Source: Opitutales bacterium
GTDB lineage: Bacteria; Verrucomicrobiota; Verrucomicrobiia; Opitutales; UBA2987
NCBI GenBank assembly: GCA_965226885.1
Contig: CBDDEL010000016.1
Location: forward strand, 416,001 to 480,000
Length of the DNA stretch: 64,000 nucleotides
Reading direction: 5' to 3'
A program made the position numbers and the translations under genes. Positions 48,856 to 59,507 of this stretch are shown piece after piece; position 1 is the stretch's first letter, and each line of letters opens with the position of its first letter. The notes beneath the pieces were generated by a model that was given only the letters and a program-made list of their open reading frames with translations, was not told the origin of the DNA and ran no database searches.

Positions 48856-51372
48856 TGTAAACGCCGGGATGAAACCGGTACGGGGGTCGGGGTAAAACCG
48901 GTACGCTTGGAATAAGGTCTAGGTTAGTAATTGCAGGTACGTCAAGGTTTAGGGTTTGGGAGTTGGTTTTGGGGATTGGCTTGGGGTCGGTGAGGAGGCC
49001 GGAGGCCGACGAGCCGGGCCCAAGGCGTTTATTGTTTTGTGCCACGGCGACGGCGTCGAGCATCGCGCAAGCGGTAGCTTTGCCCGTTGGCTTCGAGGAT
49101 ATGCACCCGATGGGTGAGTCGGTCCAGCAGAGCTCCGGTGAGCCGTTCGGAACCGAGCACTTCGATCCAGTTCTCAAAGGGCAGGTTGGTGGTGACGATG
49201 AGACTGGTGCGCTCGTAAGCGCGGCTGACCACGTCGAAGAGCAGTTCGGAACCGGTCTTGGAAAAAGGGACGTAACCGAGTTCGTCGAGGATGAGTAGGT
49301 CGAGCCTTTCGAGTTGCTTCATGAAGCGCTGCAGGTCGTGGTTGTCGCGTTGCTCGAGCATATGGGTAACCAGGGCGGTGACCCCGAAGAAACGGATCCG
49401 CGGGCCCTGGGCACAGGCGGCAAAGCCCAGGGCGGTGGCCAGGTGCGTTTTACCGGTACCGGCGTTACCGAGGAGCAGCACGTTTTCGCGCTGGTCGACA
49501 TACTCCCCGCGCATGAGCTCTCGGATGAGCGCTTCGTTGATCGAGGGCTGCGCTTCAAAGGCGAAGCTCTCGAGGGTCTTGAGCACGGGGAAACGGGCGT
49601 TTTTGATCCGCCGCTGGGCGGCCCGCTGTTCGCGTTCAATGAGCTCCCGTTCGACCAGATGCAACAAAAAGGCGGCGTAATCGAGCCGGTCCCGGGAACA
49701 AGCCGCGGCCACCGCCGGCCATTCGCGCAGGATGGTGGGCAACTTCAGTTTCTTGAGGTGATGGTGTAACAGCAGCTGGTTTTTTTCTTCCTTCATAAAG
49801 CCCCTCCTGGAATCTTGAGCAGTTCGCTGTAGGCACCGAGGTCAGGGGCGGCCACACGGACGTGACGCAGGTGTGGATGGCCGTCCAGCCGGAAGGTTCT
49901 GCTCCCGTAGTCTTCCTGAGGATAGAGATACTGGGCGATGGCCTCACGAGTCAGTCCCCCCACCCGCAGGGCCGAGACGACGGCCTGCTGCAAGGCCGCC
50001 ATGGGGTGTTTCTCCAACAGCCGCAGCACCCGGATATACTCCCGGGTGCCTTCGCCCCCGCATTGGCTTTCGAGCCGGCGTCTGAGGACCTGCAGGCACT
50101 GCGGCAACTGCCAGCCCGAGAGTGGGCGGGCGAAGTCCAAAGCGCCCGGTTTTTTCTCCAGCAAAGCCAGGTAGTGCACCGGCTCGAAAGAGACTTGCTC
50201 TTTATCCCAAATGCGGCGGTGCCGGGCCACCTCTTGGCCCCCACAGAAGATCATCACCTGCCGACAGGACCCTTCCACCACCACCGGATGGTGGGCGCAG
50301 CGCACCGGCACCGAATAGTCGTTGCACTCGAAGCGCACCAGCGAGAGGCTGCTGACGCAGGTCGAGCGTTTGCGGCTCGCTTCAAAGGGTATGGGCGGCA
50401 ACGCCAGCATGACGGCGCGCTCCTCGGCCAGCAGTTCCTTTTTCACCGCCCTTTTCCCGCGTAATTTACGCTCCATGTCCCGCTCACATGCCTCCAACAG
50501 CTTTGCGTTGAGTTCCTCCAGGTCCCGAACCTGCGGTACCGGTACCAGGAAGTTGGCCCGGGCATAACGCACGATCCCCTCGACCACGCCCTTCTCGTTG
50601 GGCCGGGCGGGCAGACAGAAGTGTTCCTCGAACAGGTAATGGCTCTGTAGCTGCAGAAACCCGTCGGTCAGCTTGCGTTCACGCGAACCGATAATCTTAC
50701 CCACCGCCACCTTCGAGTTGTCATAGCTGATGCGCCGGGGCACCGCCCCGAAAAACTCAAAAGCTCGCAGGTGCCCCTCCCAGAAGCTCTCCGTGCACTC
50801 CCGTTCGAACACCTGCACGAAAAAGGCATCGCTGTAGGGCAGGCTCATGGCAAAAAATGGCCGCCTACGCAATTGCCCCGCCTCCTTCACCAGGGCATGA
50901 CCGAAGTCCACCTGTCCCTCCCCGGGGCGGTGCTCCAGCGGCACGAACACTTCCCGCCGCCTCGCTCGCAGCTCGGCCACCACCTCCTTGACCGCCGTGT
51001 AGCCCCCTTGGTAGCCCTTCTCCCGACCCAAACGCTGGTAGATCCGTTTGGCCGTATGGCGCTGCTTCTTGGGCACGTTCCGGTCCGCTTTGAGCACCTC
51101 CTCGATCCAGCCCACATACGGATCGATCTTGCGCTCTCGCCTCTTCTTGCGCCGGTATCCCGGCGGCTGGGAATAGGCCAGCATCTTTCCCAGGGTCTCC
51201 CAGTGCAGTCCCTCTTCTCGCATTACAGAGCGCTTGCTCTGCTTGTCCCGCAGCACTTTGTGCCGCACTCTTGTCCATTGCTTCATATCTCGATACACTC
51301 CTCCTTTCTAGGATAAGCGTACCGGTTTTAAAGCGCCCTCTTTACCGTACCGGTTTTTCCCCGGCGTTTACA
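48856..51372 (-). mobile_element. IS21-family element, copy 2 (istA 49793-51298, istB 49029-49796, both intact)
   Basis: Same ends as copy 1; QVDFG, YDN.K, EKG.VE DDE motifs; flanks differ. Confidence 0.95.
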
Positions 51373-51892
51373 GCCTGGCCACCGTAACGATCCATGCTAC
51401 CAGGCAATCGCATCAGAATTTCGCCATTCTGCTGCCGATCATCCTGCTGGCGGCAATTCCCCTGAAACGTTATGCGACCACCCTTCAGCAAATGTTTTTC
51501 GGTCTTGTGATTATGAGTTTTTTTGCGGTCATTATGAATGTCGTGCAATCCTATCTTTTATTCAGTTCCTACCTGGAGCACGGTATGGGGACTACCACGG
51601 TATGGGGACTACGAATATTATGAAGGAGCGGCTGATCCTGCTGCCCGTCAATTATATCATCCTGCCTGCGGTGGCTATATTTTTATCCGGTTTTATCGTA
51701 AGCGGCAGCACCCGGTTTTTCACGGCGTGGCGGAGAAAGGCCACAGCAAGGCCGAAAAAGGCATCTGCGAAAATTTCCCAAAAAAGGGAAAAGGCCCGGC
51801 TGGCGGCTCTACCCAAAGCGGGCCGCAACGAGCCCTGCCCCTGCGGCAGCGGCAAGAAGTTTAAAAGATGCTGCGGAAAAGCCGCTGGCTAG
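51373..51892 (+). pseudogene. Multi-pass membrane protein with C-terminal SEC-C motif, 5'-truncated and frameshifted
   Basis: [19 protein letters not shown]; upstream frame ..[38 protein letters not shown] joins it once the 17-bp duplication 51579-51612 is removed. Confidence 0.75.
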
Positions 51893-52799
51893 AATTTACC
51901 TCAATTTTGTCAATTGGTGGGTAAATCTGGAGGCACGCTGAAGAGGTTGCCGTTGTCTAGCCTCTGGAAAAAGCGGCGGCCCGGCCGGTTGTCGCTGAAG
52001 GTAAAGACCCATTCGGCGTTGTCGCCCCCCGGCGTTGTCGCCCCCGAAGATGAATATCCAGCGGTAGGAATTTTCATTTAAAAATATCCATTGCCCCAAA
52101 CCGAGGTCCCAAAGGAAAATTACCGATTCGGTGCTGGACGCCGCCACAAACTGCCAGCCGTGCTCGTCGTGATAAATCCAGGGCCAGGAATCGACGTTGT
52201 AATTCATATACCAAGGTGAGCCTTTCCAGCCGGGGGAACCCTCTATATCCGTTCCGCCAAGAATATCCGGCTGTGAGGAGGAAACAAATTTATCATAATT
52301 TGAATGGAAACTGGATCGTTGTTCAGTGTTGAAGAAAAAGCCCATCCCTTGAACATCATCCCAATTGATCCCCCCAGGCAGCGGAATGTTGGTTGTGTTC
52401 CCAGGGAGGTTGAATTCTTCAAAAATGGGTGAGAAATTCGTGCTGTATATATTGATTCCCATGTTTTGGATAAAATCTGTGGAAGGGGCAGCCTGGTCAT
52501 CAATGGTTTTTAAAACGATATCGATGCTCTGTAGGGTATTGTCGCCATTCAGGTTGACGGTGGGAACCACGATCAGGTTTTGGTCGAGGAGAGACTGAAA
52601 ATCTACGTCTTTGCTAAAGACCACCGCATCGAAAACACTTACCTGGTAAGTGCCTGAAAAGCTGGATCCATCGGAAGGCGTGGCAAGGCTATCAATCCTG
52701 TAAAATCCCTGACCCTCGCCCTGATCCGGACCGAAAAATGCAATCGGCACAAGGCTGCCTGCCGGTCCGTCAAAGATGACATCGCCCAAGGCCGGAAAA

Positions 52800-53335
52800 T
52801 TTCCAGCGATGCCCTCGAAACTGTAGGAAAAATCGAATTGAGCATTTTCAATGGGAAAAATATTGGTTGTCACCTGGTTATTGGCGGCATCATTGAAAGA
52901 GCCGGCATCCTGGAAAAAGCTGAATTCCAAATCTTTCCGGCTGGTGTCTCCAAAATCGATGCAAGTGTCCGCTCCGTACAATGCTGCCGCATGCTGCCGC
53001 GAGGGTTCCATCGATTGTGGCACTATCGACAACCTTGAAAAATTCGATGCAAAGTTCGTCAACACCAACCAATTGTTTCCAGCGATGCCCTCGAAACTGT
53101 AGGAAAAATCGAATTGAGCATTTTCAATGGGAAAAATATTGGTTGTCACCTGGTTATTGGCGGCATCATTGAAAGAGCCGGCATCCTGGAAAAAGCTGAA
53201 TTCCAAATCTTTCCGGCTGGTGTCTCCAAAATCGATGCAAGTGTCCGCTCCGTACAATGCTGCCGCATGCTGCCGCGAGGGTTCCATCGATTGTGGCACT
53301 ATCGACAACCTTGAAAAATTCGATGCAAAGTTCGT
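52800..53335. repeat. Perfect 260-bp tandem duplication with 16-nt filler
   Basis: 52800-53059 equals 53076-53335; filler CAACACCAACCAATTG. Confidence 0.92.
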
Positions 53336-53998
53336 AGCCTCCATCATCTTCAAGAAGACCGGGGGGGATAACAATGGAGGTAACTTCACCATTCAACTCA
53401 AAGGGTTCCGTATCAAAGATATTGTCGTCGCTGCCGTCCCGATTGAATTTTTCAATCTCTACAAAGATAAGGTCGTCGGGTCCTCCGTTTTGAAATTCAT
53501 CCCATCTGAGGGTGAAACCAGCACTCAAGGTGGCGCTCTGAAGTTCATTGAATGATGCCTCAGTGAGGCTAGGGGCATTGGGATAGGAGGTCCCCTTCGA
53601 TCGTCAAGTTGCGCGTGATCGCGCCCTGTGTGGCGCCGGTATAATGTATGGTGTAAGTGCCGTTGGGGGCCTCTAAATCCAAAGTGGCCTTATCGTCATA
53701 ATCCTCCTCAATATCCCACCCATCATCTTCACTAAATTCAAATTGGGTCGTGGTCATATCGGGTTCCGTGACAAAAGGCACCGGATTGGCCAATATTGAA
53801 CCGGTGGAACTTTCGCCTATAAATGCAAAAGCGCCCCAGGGTTCAAATTCCGCCAAAACCGCTCCCGAGGCGGAATCCTGAGTATGGAATTTTTCTTTAG
53901 CAATGACGATCAATTCAGCGTCCTGGGCCATTAAATGGATCCCGCCGGTAATAATCAATAAGAAGGATGAGACCAAAATTTTGGCCCAGTGGGTTGTG

Positions 53999-56678
53999 TG
54001 AAATGGACGGGGAAAACTGGACAGTGGAATAAGGTGGTCTTGAACCACTAAATCCGCTAACCTATGAATGTTATTAAATCACGAAAGAGAAGACAATACA
54101 GTGCTGAGTTTAAAGCCCGAGTGGCCCTGGAAGCCATCAGGGGCGCTCATACCATCAACGAGATCGCCGGTCGTTTTGAGGTGCATCCCAACCAGGTGAC
54201 CCAATGGAAGAAGCAGCTTTTGCAGGGAGCAACGGAGCTGTTTTCGCGCCAGCGGCAGACTCTCAGCAAGGACAACGAGACGGAAAAAGATCACCTTTAC
54301 CAGGAGATTGGAAAGCTGAAAGTAGAATGCGATTGGCTAAAAAAAAAGTCTGAACAATTCGGTTGGTGAGAGGCGCAAGATGGTGCAACCACTTCAAGGA
54401 AAAATCAGTATCGGCAGGCAATGTCAGTTGCTGGGGCTGGCCCGCGGCAGCTATTACTATCGGGCCCGTGCCCAGTGCGAGCAGAACGTTCTCTACATGC
54501 ATCGCATGGATGAGCTCTACACCCAATATCCGTTTTTTGGTTCTCGCCGGATGACCCAGTGGCTGCGTCGAGAGGGCCATGCAGTGGGACGAGGCCGCAT
54601 CCAGCGGCTCATGCGCCAAATGGGCCTGGAGGCTATTTATCCGCGTCGAAACTTGAGCCAGGGGCACCGGCAGCACCGCATTTTCCCTTATCTGCTGCGG
54701 GGTTTGGCGGTCGAGCGGCCCGACCAGGTATGGTGCAGCGACATCACTTACCTGCGGCTGAGCCGAGGATTCCTTGATGTGCACTGGAAAAAGTGGACAC
54801 GAGATTCTCCTAAATGGAGAATCGAAGCATGGGAAGAAGACGCATGGGAAGAAGACGCTTTAGTATAGAGTTCAAAAATGAGGCAGTTCAACTGATGATA
54901 CTCGATGGTCTGAGCGCCACCGAGGTATCGACCAAACTTGGGGTCAACACCAACCAATTGTATAGGTGGAAGAGGCTCTATCTGGACGATCAGCAGGGCG
55001 AAGCCACCTCAAAGCGACAGAGCAGTCCGAAGGAGATGGCGGCCGAGATAGATCGTCTTCGCAAAGAGCTGCGCCGCTCGGAGCGGATCAACCAGATACT
55101 AAAAAAAACGGTGGGCTACTTTGCCAAGGACGAACAATGAAGTACCAGTTTGTCAAAGACAACGAGGGGCGCTTCAAGATCGAGGAAATATGCTCGGCGA
55201 TGGGGATTTGTCGCAGTGGCTATTACTGCTGGAGGCACCGAGCGCCCTCGGCCCGGCGGATCGAGGACGAGGGAATCAAGGGGGCGATCCTGAAGGTACA
55301 CAAAGAGGCCAAGGGCCGCTATGGGCATCGGCCAATGCACCGCCATCTGAAGGATGATGAGGGCATCGATTGCGGCCGTGACCGGGCTCTGCGTCTGATG
55401 CGTGAAATGGGAATCAAAAGCACCCAGAGTAAACGCTTTAAGCCATTAAAAACCAACAGTAACCATCCCTATGGTTACAGCCCCAATGTGCTTAAAAAGC
55501 ATGGCCAGCCGACCCATATCGACGAGGTCTGGGTGGCGGACACGACCTACCTACGGACCCTGGCCGGTTGGATGTACTTGGCCACGGTGATGGACCTGTT
55601 CAGCCGACGCCTGCTGGGCTGGAGCGTTTCCAACCACAACGACGCGAAGCTGGTTGGCAAGGCCCTCAAAGCCGCGGCCATGACCCGCGGCACACTGCGC
55701 ACCGGGATTATTCATCACAGCGATCGGGGCAGCCCCTACGCCAGCGACGACTATCAGAGGCTGGTCTCTGAACTAGGCATGAAGCCGAGCATGAGCGCCC
55801 AAGGCAACTGCTACGACAACGCGGCCATGGAATCGTTCTACGGCCGCTTCAAGACCAGCACGATTCGAGGCCGCCACTTTGCCGACGAGCGCGAACTGCG
55901 ATCAACTGTCTTCGAATACGTGGAAATCTTCTACAACCGATATCGCAAACATTCCTCTCTGAGTTACCAAAGCCCAGTCCAATTCGAGGAAAATATTTGC
56001 CCCCCATGGGGGGCAACGAGAAAACAAAACCCTTTACCAAAACAAGCCGCCTGACACACTAATCAATAAACAATGAATATAAGAGAATCCCGTGTCCAAC
56101 AAATCCAGTACACGTCATCCTTTTCTTGACCGTGGTGTTGGACTGGTTCAGCCGCTACGTGTTGAGCTGGCAGCTTTCCAGCACCCTGGAGAGCCGCTTC
56201 TGTGTGCTCGCCCTGGAGGAAGCTCTGAGGCGGGCCCAACCTCAAATCTTCAACACCGATCAAGGCAGCCAGTTTACCGGCAGCGAGTTCACCTCGGTGC
56301 TGGGGCAAGCCGGGGTGCGCATCAGCATGGACGGGCGTGGCCGCTACCTGGACAACATATTTGTTGAACGCTTTTGGAGAACCCTCAAGTATGAAGACAT
56401 TTACCTGCGCGAATACGCCACGGCAAAGGAAGCCAGCGAAGGGATAGCCCGCTACCTGGACTTCTACAACCACCTGCGCCCCCACCAAGCCCTGGGCTAC
56501 CGGACCCCGGCCGAAGTCCATGCAATCGGAGCAAAACCAACCTCCCCGCCAATACAGCTTGCGGGCACCTGCGTGCCCGTCTTTGGCTAAGGACAAAATA
56601 TATTTTTAAAAAATAATATGAACACGATTTCCACCTTAATCCCACGTCAAAATTGTCCAAACAACCCCGTCCACTTCA
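53999..56678 (+). mobile_element. IS3-family element A, copy 6, interrupted by IS3-B
   Basis: TSD GTG; orfB split at 54774/56122. Confidence 0.94.
54775..56117 (+). mobile_element. IS3-family element B, full copy
   Basis: TGATGTGCACTGG/CCAGTACACGTCA ends, 4-bp TSD TCCT; WVADTTY, HSDRGS, GNCYDNAAMESF; 15-bp duplication at the orfA start. Confidence 0.94.
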
Positions 56679-56832
56679 GTGGTAATGCAATTAGAGTTCA
56701 TGGTATTTAGTATTAAGCAATTAGTTGAATTGGGTAGAAAGTGTCAAAAAATCCAATTTTTGTCTCGATATACTGCCTCATTTGCCTGTCTTTGGCAAAT
56801 CTGATTTTTAATGAATGCCCAGTCGCGGTTTC

Positions 56833-59346
56833 TTAATTCTTTGGCTGGCCGGAGGGTTTTAGAGTGATCAATTCGCTGAGGGAACTAAAATGGTCTTCCA
56901 GATGGGACACGTCTTTTAAATCGCCTACCACTTGGTTGAATAGATCGCGCTTGGCCGCCTTGAGTTCCTCCATCCTTTCCTCGATGGTGCCTTCTGTAAT
57001 CATCCGGTAAACAAAGACCGGCTTTTTCTGACCGATGCGGTGGACCCGGTCGATGGCCTGCTCTTCCACCGCCGGATTCCACCAGGGGTCGAGCAGGAAA
57101 ACATCATCCGCCGCATGCAGGGTGATTCCAGTGCCCCCGGCCCTCAAACTGATCAGGATGATGCCCGCCCCTTTGGTGGTTTGGAACCCGCTCACTGGTT
57201 TGTCCCGGTCAATCGTTCTTCCGGTCAACGTATAGACGGGGATTTCGGGTAAATTGATCTCAAGACTCTCCTTGACGCGGTTGAGCAAAGACACGAATTG
57301 GCTGAAAATGACGATCTTGTGATTGTTGCTGACACCTTCGGCCACCTTGGTTTGAAGAATATTCAGTTTCCCGCTTTGAGAAAGCCCGGCTGACAGCCAG
57401 GGTAGCAAATCGGGATCGCAACAAGTCTGCCGCAGGCGAGTCAGGAGGGTGAACAGGTTCATGGTTCGCTGGCGTTTTATCTGGGAAAAATCATTCCCCA
57501 GCGTGCTAAGGCCTTCCTCCACCAGCCGGGAATACTCTTGCTCCTGTAATCCGCTGAGCGGGCAAACCATCGGGATTTCCACTTTTGGCGGAAGTTCGCG
57601 GGCCACGTTCTTTTTTGTGCGGCGAAGGACGAATGGGGTGATTTGCCTGCTTAACCTCTTTAAAAAGTCGGCCCCGTCCCGCTCCAGCCCATCACAGAAG
57701 CTTTGGCGTTCGCCTAGTAACCCGGGCATGAGAAAGCGAAACAAGGTCCAAAGGTCGAGATGCCGGTTTTCCAGCGGAGTGCCGGTCAAAATGAGGCGGT
57801 GGCGAGCTGCAATGCCCATGCAGGCCAGGGATACTTTGGCGTCGGGATTCTTGATCAACTGGGCTTCATCGAGAACCGCATAGCCAAAATCGGTTTGCGC
57901 GAGGAGATTTTTCTGGCGGCGCAGTTGGGTATAGCTGGTCAACCAGATAACGGGTTCGGGATAGTTGATAAAATTGTGGCCGCTCCTCAAAATTTCCACT
58001 CTCAACTGTGGAAAATACCGGGCCAGCTCGTTTTTCCATACCGGCACCACGCTGGCCGGACATACCACCAGGTGCCGTTTTCCGGGCAGGGGCCGACAGA
58101 CCATCAATGCGGCCACCTGCAAGGTTTTCCCCAAACCCATCTCATCAGCCAACAAGGCATGGCAGTCTTTATCGCAGAGATTGGCCAGCCAGCGTACTCC
58201 CTGCCGTTGATAAGGGCGCAGGATGTCAGGCAATCCATTGACTGAAGATATAGGTTGGAGGACCGAATCGCGCCATTTTTTGAGCACGGCAGACATTTTT
58301 ACCGGCAGGCTGTTCTGTCCGAATAGTGAAAAAAGCATATAGGTGGGCAGGCAGCCATTTTTCTGCCGAAGTTGCAGGGCGCGCCAATCTTCAAGGATGG
58401 GGGCCTGAACACGGTCCACCCGAACCATTCCGTAACCCGGTAAAATCACTGTGTTTCCCCTACGACCCAGCAGCTTTTCCGCCAGTGAATGATCCACAAT
58501 GCGCTTATCCAGTTTGAGTATCCAGCGAAGGGAAAAGACGCCATTATCTACGTCCGCTGCCGCTTCCACCTTAACAGTTTGCACACCTTTGAGGAGGAGT
58601 ACGGCCGAGTTGTCCATTTCCACCCTGAAGCGGTTTTTCCACAAGGGCAGGTTCTTTTTAAAATACGAGCTTATGCGGTGGGGATCGCGCAATAAAAACC
58701 GGCCTTGGCGGGAACTGTATTCAAACCCGCACTGGCGAGCCAATCCGGTCAGCCGGATCAGCTTTTCCCTCTCTCCCAGATTCAGGTTGCCACCACGGCG
58801 TTTGTGCCGGGAAAGGGCCTGAATTGATTTTTCTCCGTGCTTTTGCCAGTGAGCCTCGAAGACCAGACCTTGCTCCGACGACCTGAATTTGACCACCAAA
58901 TTCCGGATATTTTCGGTGGGAGTGGATTCTCCAGCATCAGATTCCAAAAGCCGTTGAGGGGTTTGTTTCCCTGAGTCAGAATCCAGCTCTTCGCATGGAA
59001 CGGGCAATATTTCGTCCCCTACCAACTCTTCGATTTCGTAAAGACCGGCGGCTGCCAGACAACGGCCAAAGTGACGATCCTTAGTGGAAGTCCGCACATT
59101 GGGATGCCCGTTTTCCCATTCTATGGTGGAGTATAAACCCAGTTTTCCCCGGCCGCAATGGATGATGGCATCGATAGGACTCAGTTCCAGTTCACGAATT
59201 TCTCCCTCCCGATAGAGTTCCCGGGCGGATTTTAAAACCGAATCGCTAAAATGATGTTCCCAAGTGGAAGAGAGCCTCTCAAACCAAGATTCGAGCGCCT
59301 TGTGGGTATAAATTCTTTTGGGTGTCCGGTAACTATTTGGTGGCAC
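56833..59346 (-). CDS. SNF2-family (DEAD/DEAH-box) helicase-like ATPase
   Basis: LRPYQ..G, LLADEMGLGKT, LDEAQ.IKN, LTGTPLEN, FSQF, GG.GI.L, DPWWNP..E.QA.DR.HRIGQ. Confidence 0.93.
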   Translation of the reverse strand: MPPNSYRTPKRIYTHKALESWFERLSSTWEHHFSDSVLKSARELYREGEIRELELSPIDAIIHCGRGKLGLYSTIEWENGHPNVRTSTKDRHFGRCLAAAGLYEIEELVGDEILPVPCEELDSDSGKQTPQRLLESDAGESTPTENIRNLVVKFRSSEQGLVFEAHWQKHGEKSIQALSRHKRRGGNLNLGEREKLIRLTGLARQCGFEYSSRQGRFLLRDPHRISSYFKKNLPLWKNRFRVEMDNSAVLLLKGVQTVKVEAAADVDNGVFSLRWILKLDKRIVDHSLAEKLLGRRGNTVILPGYGMVRVDRVQAPILEDWRALQLRQKNGCLPTYMLFSLFGQNSLPVKMSAVLKKWRDSVLQPISSVNGLPDILRPYQRQGVRWLANLCDKDCHALLADEMGLGKTLQVAALMVCRPLPGKRHLVVCPASVVPVWKNELARYFPQLRVEILRSGHNFINYPEPVIWLTSYTQLRRQKNLLAQTDFGYAVLDEAQLIKNPDAKVSLACMGIAARHRLILTGTPLENRHLDLWTLFRFLMPGLLGERQSFCDGLERDGADFLKRLSRQITPFVLRRTKKNVARELPPKVEIPMVCPLSGLQEQEYSRLVEEGLSTLGNDFSQIKRQRTMNLFTLLTRLRQTCCDPDLLPWLSAGLSQSGKLNILQTKVAEGVSNNHKIVIFSQFVSLLNRVKESLEINLPEIPVYTLTGRTIDRDKPVSGFQTTKGAGIILISLRAGGTGITLHAADDVFLLDPWWNPAVEEQAIDRVHRIGQKKPVFVYRMITEGTIEERMEELKAAKRDLFNQVVGDLKDVSHLEDHFSSLSELITLKPSGQPKN

Positions 59347-59507
59347 AGCGATCTATCCTCAAAAAAAGAGTTGAATCTACAGATTATGCTCAAGTCGCGC
59401 AAGGCATATTCGCAAACCTGGATGGAAAAAATATAAAGAAAACCCCGTTAAATTTAGCCAGCAGCCATCATAGGGCGCGCTAATTACTTTATATCACTAC
59501 TTTATAT

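Larger units (their letters stand above)
51896..56701 (-). pseudogene. Large acidic secreted protein with Trp-rich C-terminal domain, multiply disrupted
   Basis: ATG 56701 rejoins across IS3-A as MNSNCITTTHWAKILVSSFLLIITGG; +1 near 53588; 10-bp, 260-bp and 16-bp duplications; C-terminus homologous to that of the endonuclease. Confidence 0.8.

Noticed and set aside
52800..53335. Diversity-generating retroelement TR/VR pair
   Set aside because: Arms appear identical with no adenine-specific variation, and no reverse transcriptase is in the window.
27247..54048. Three ORFs sharing the N-terminus [16 protein letters not shown]
   Set aside because: The leader is the outward-reading IS3-A left end fused by chance to disrupted genes; not a protein family.
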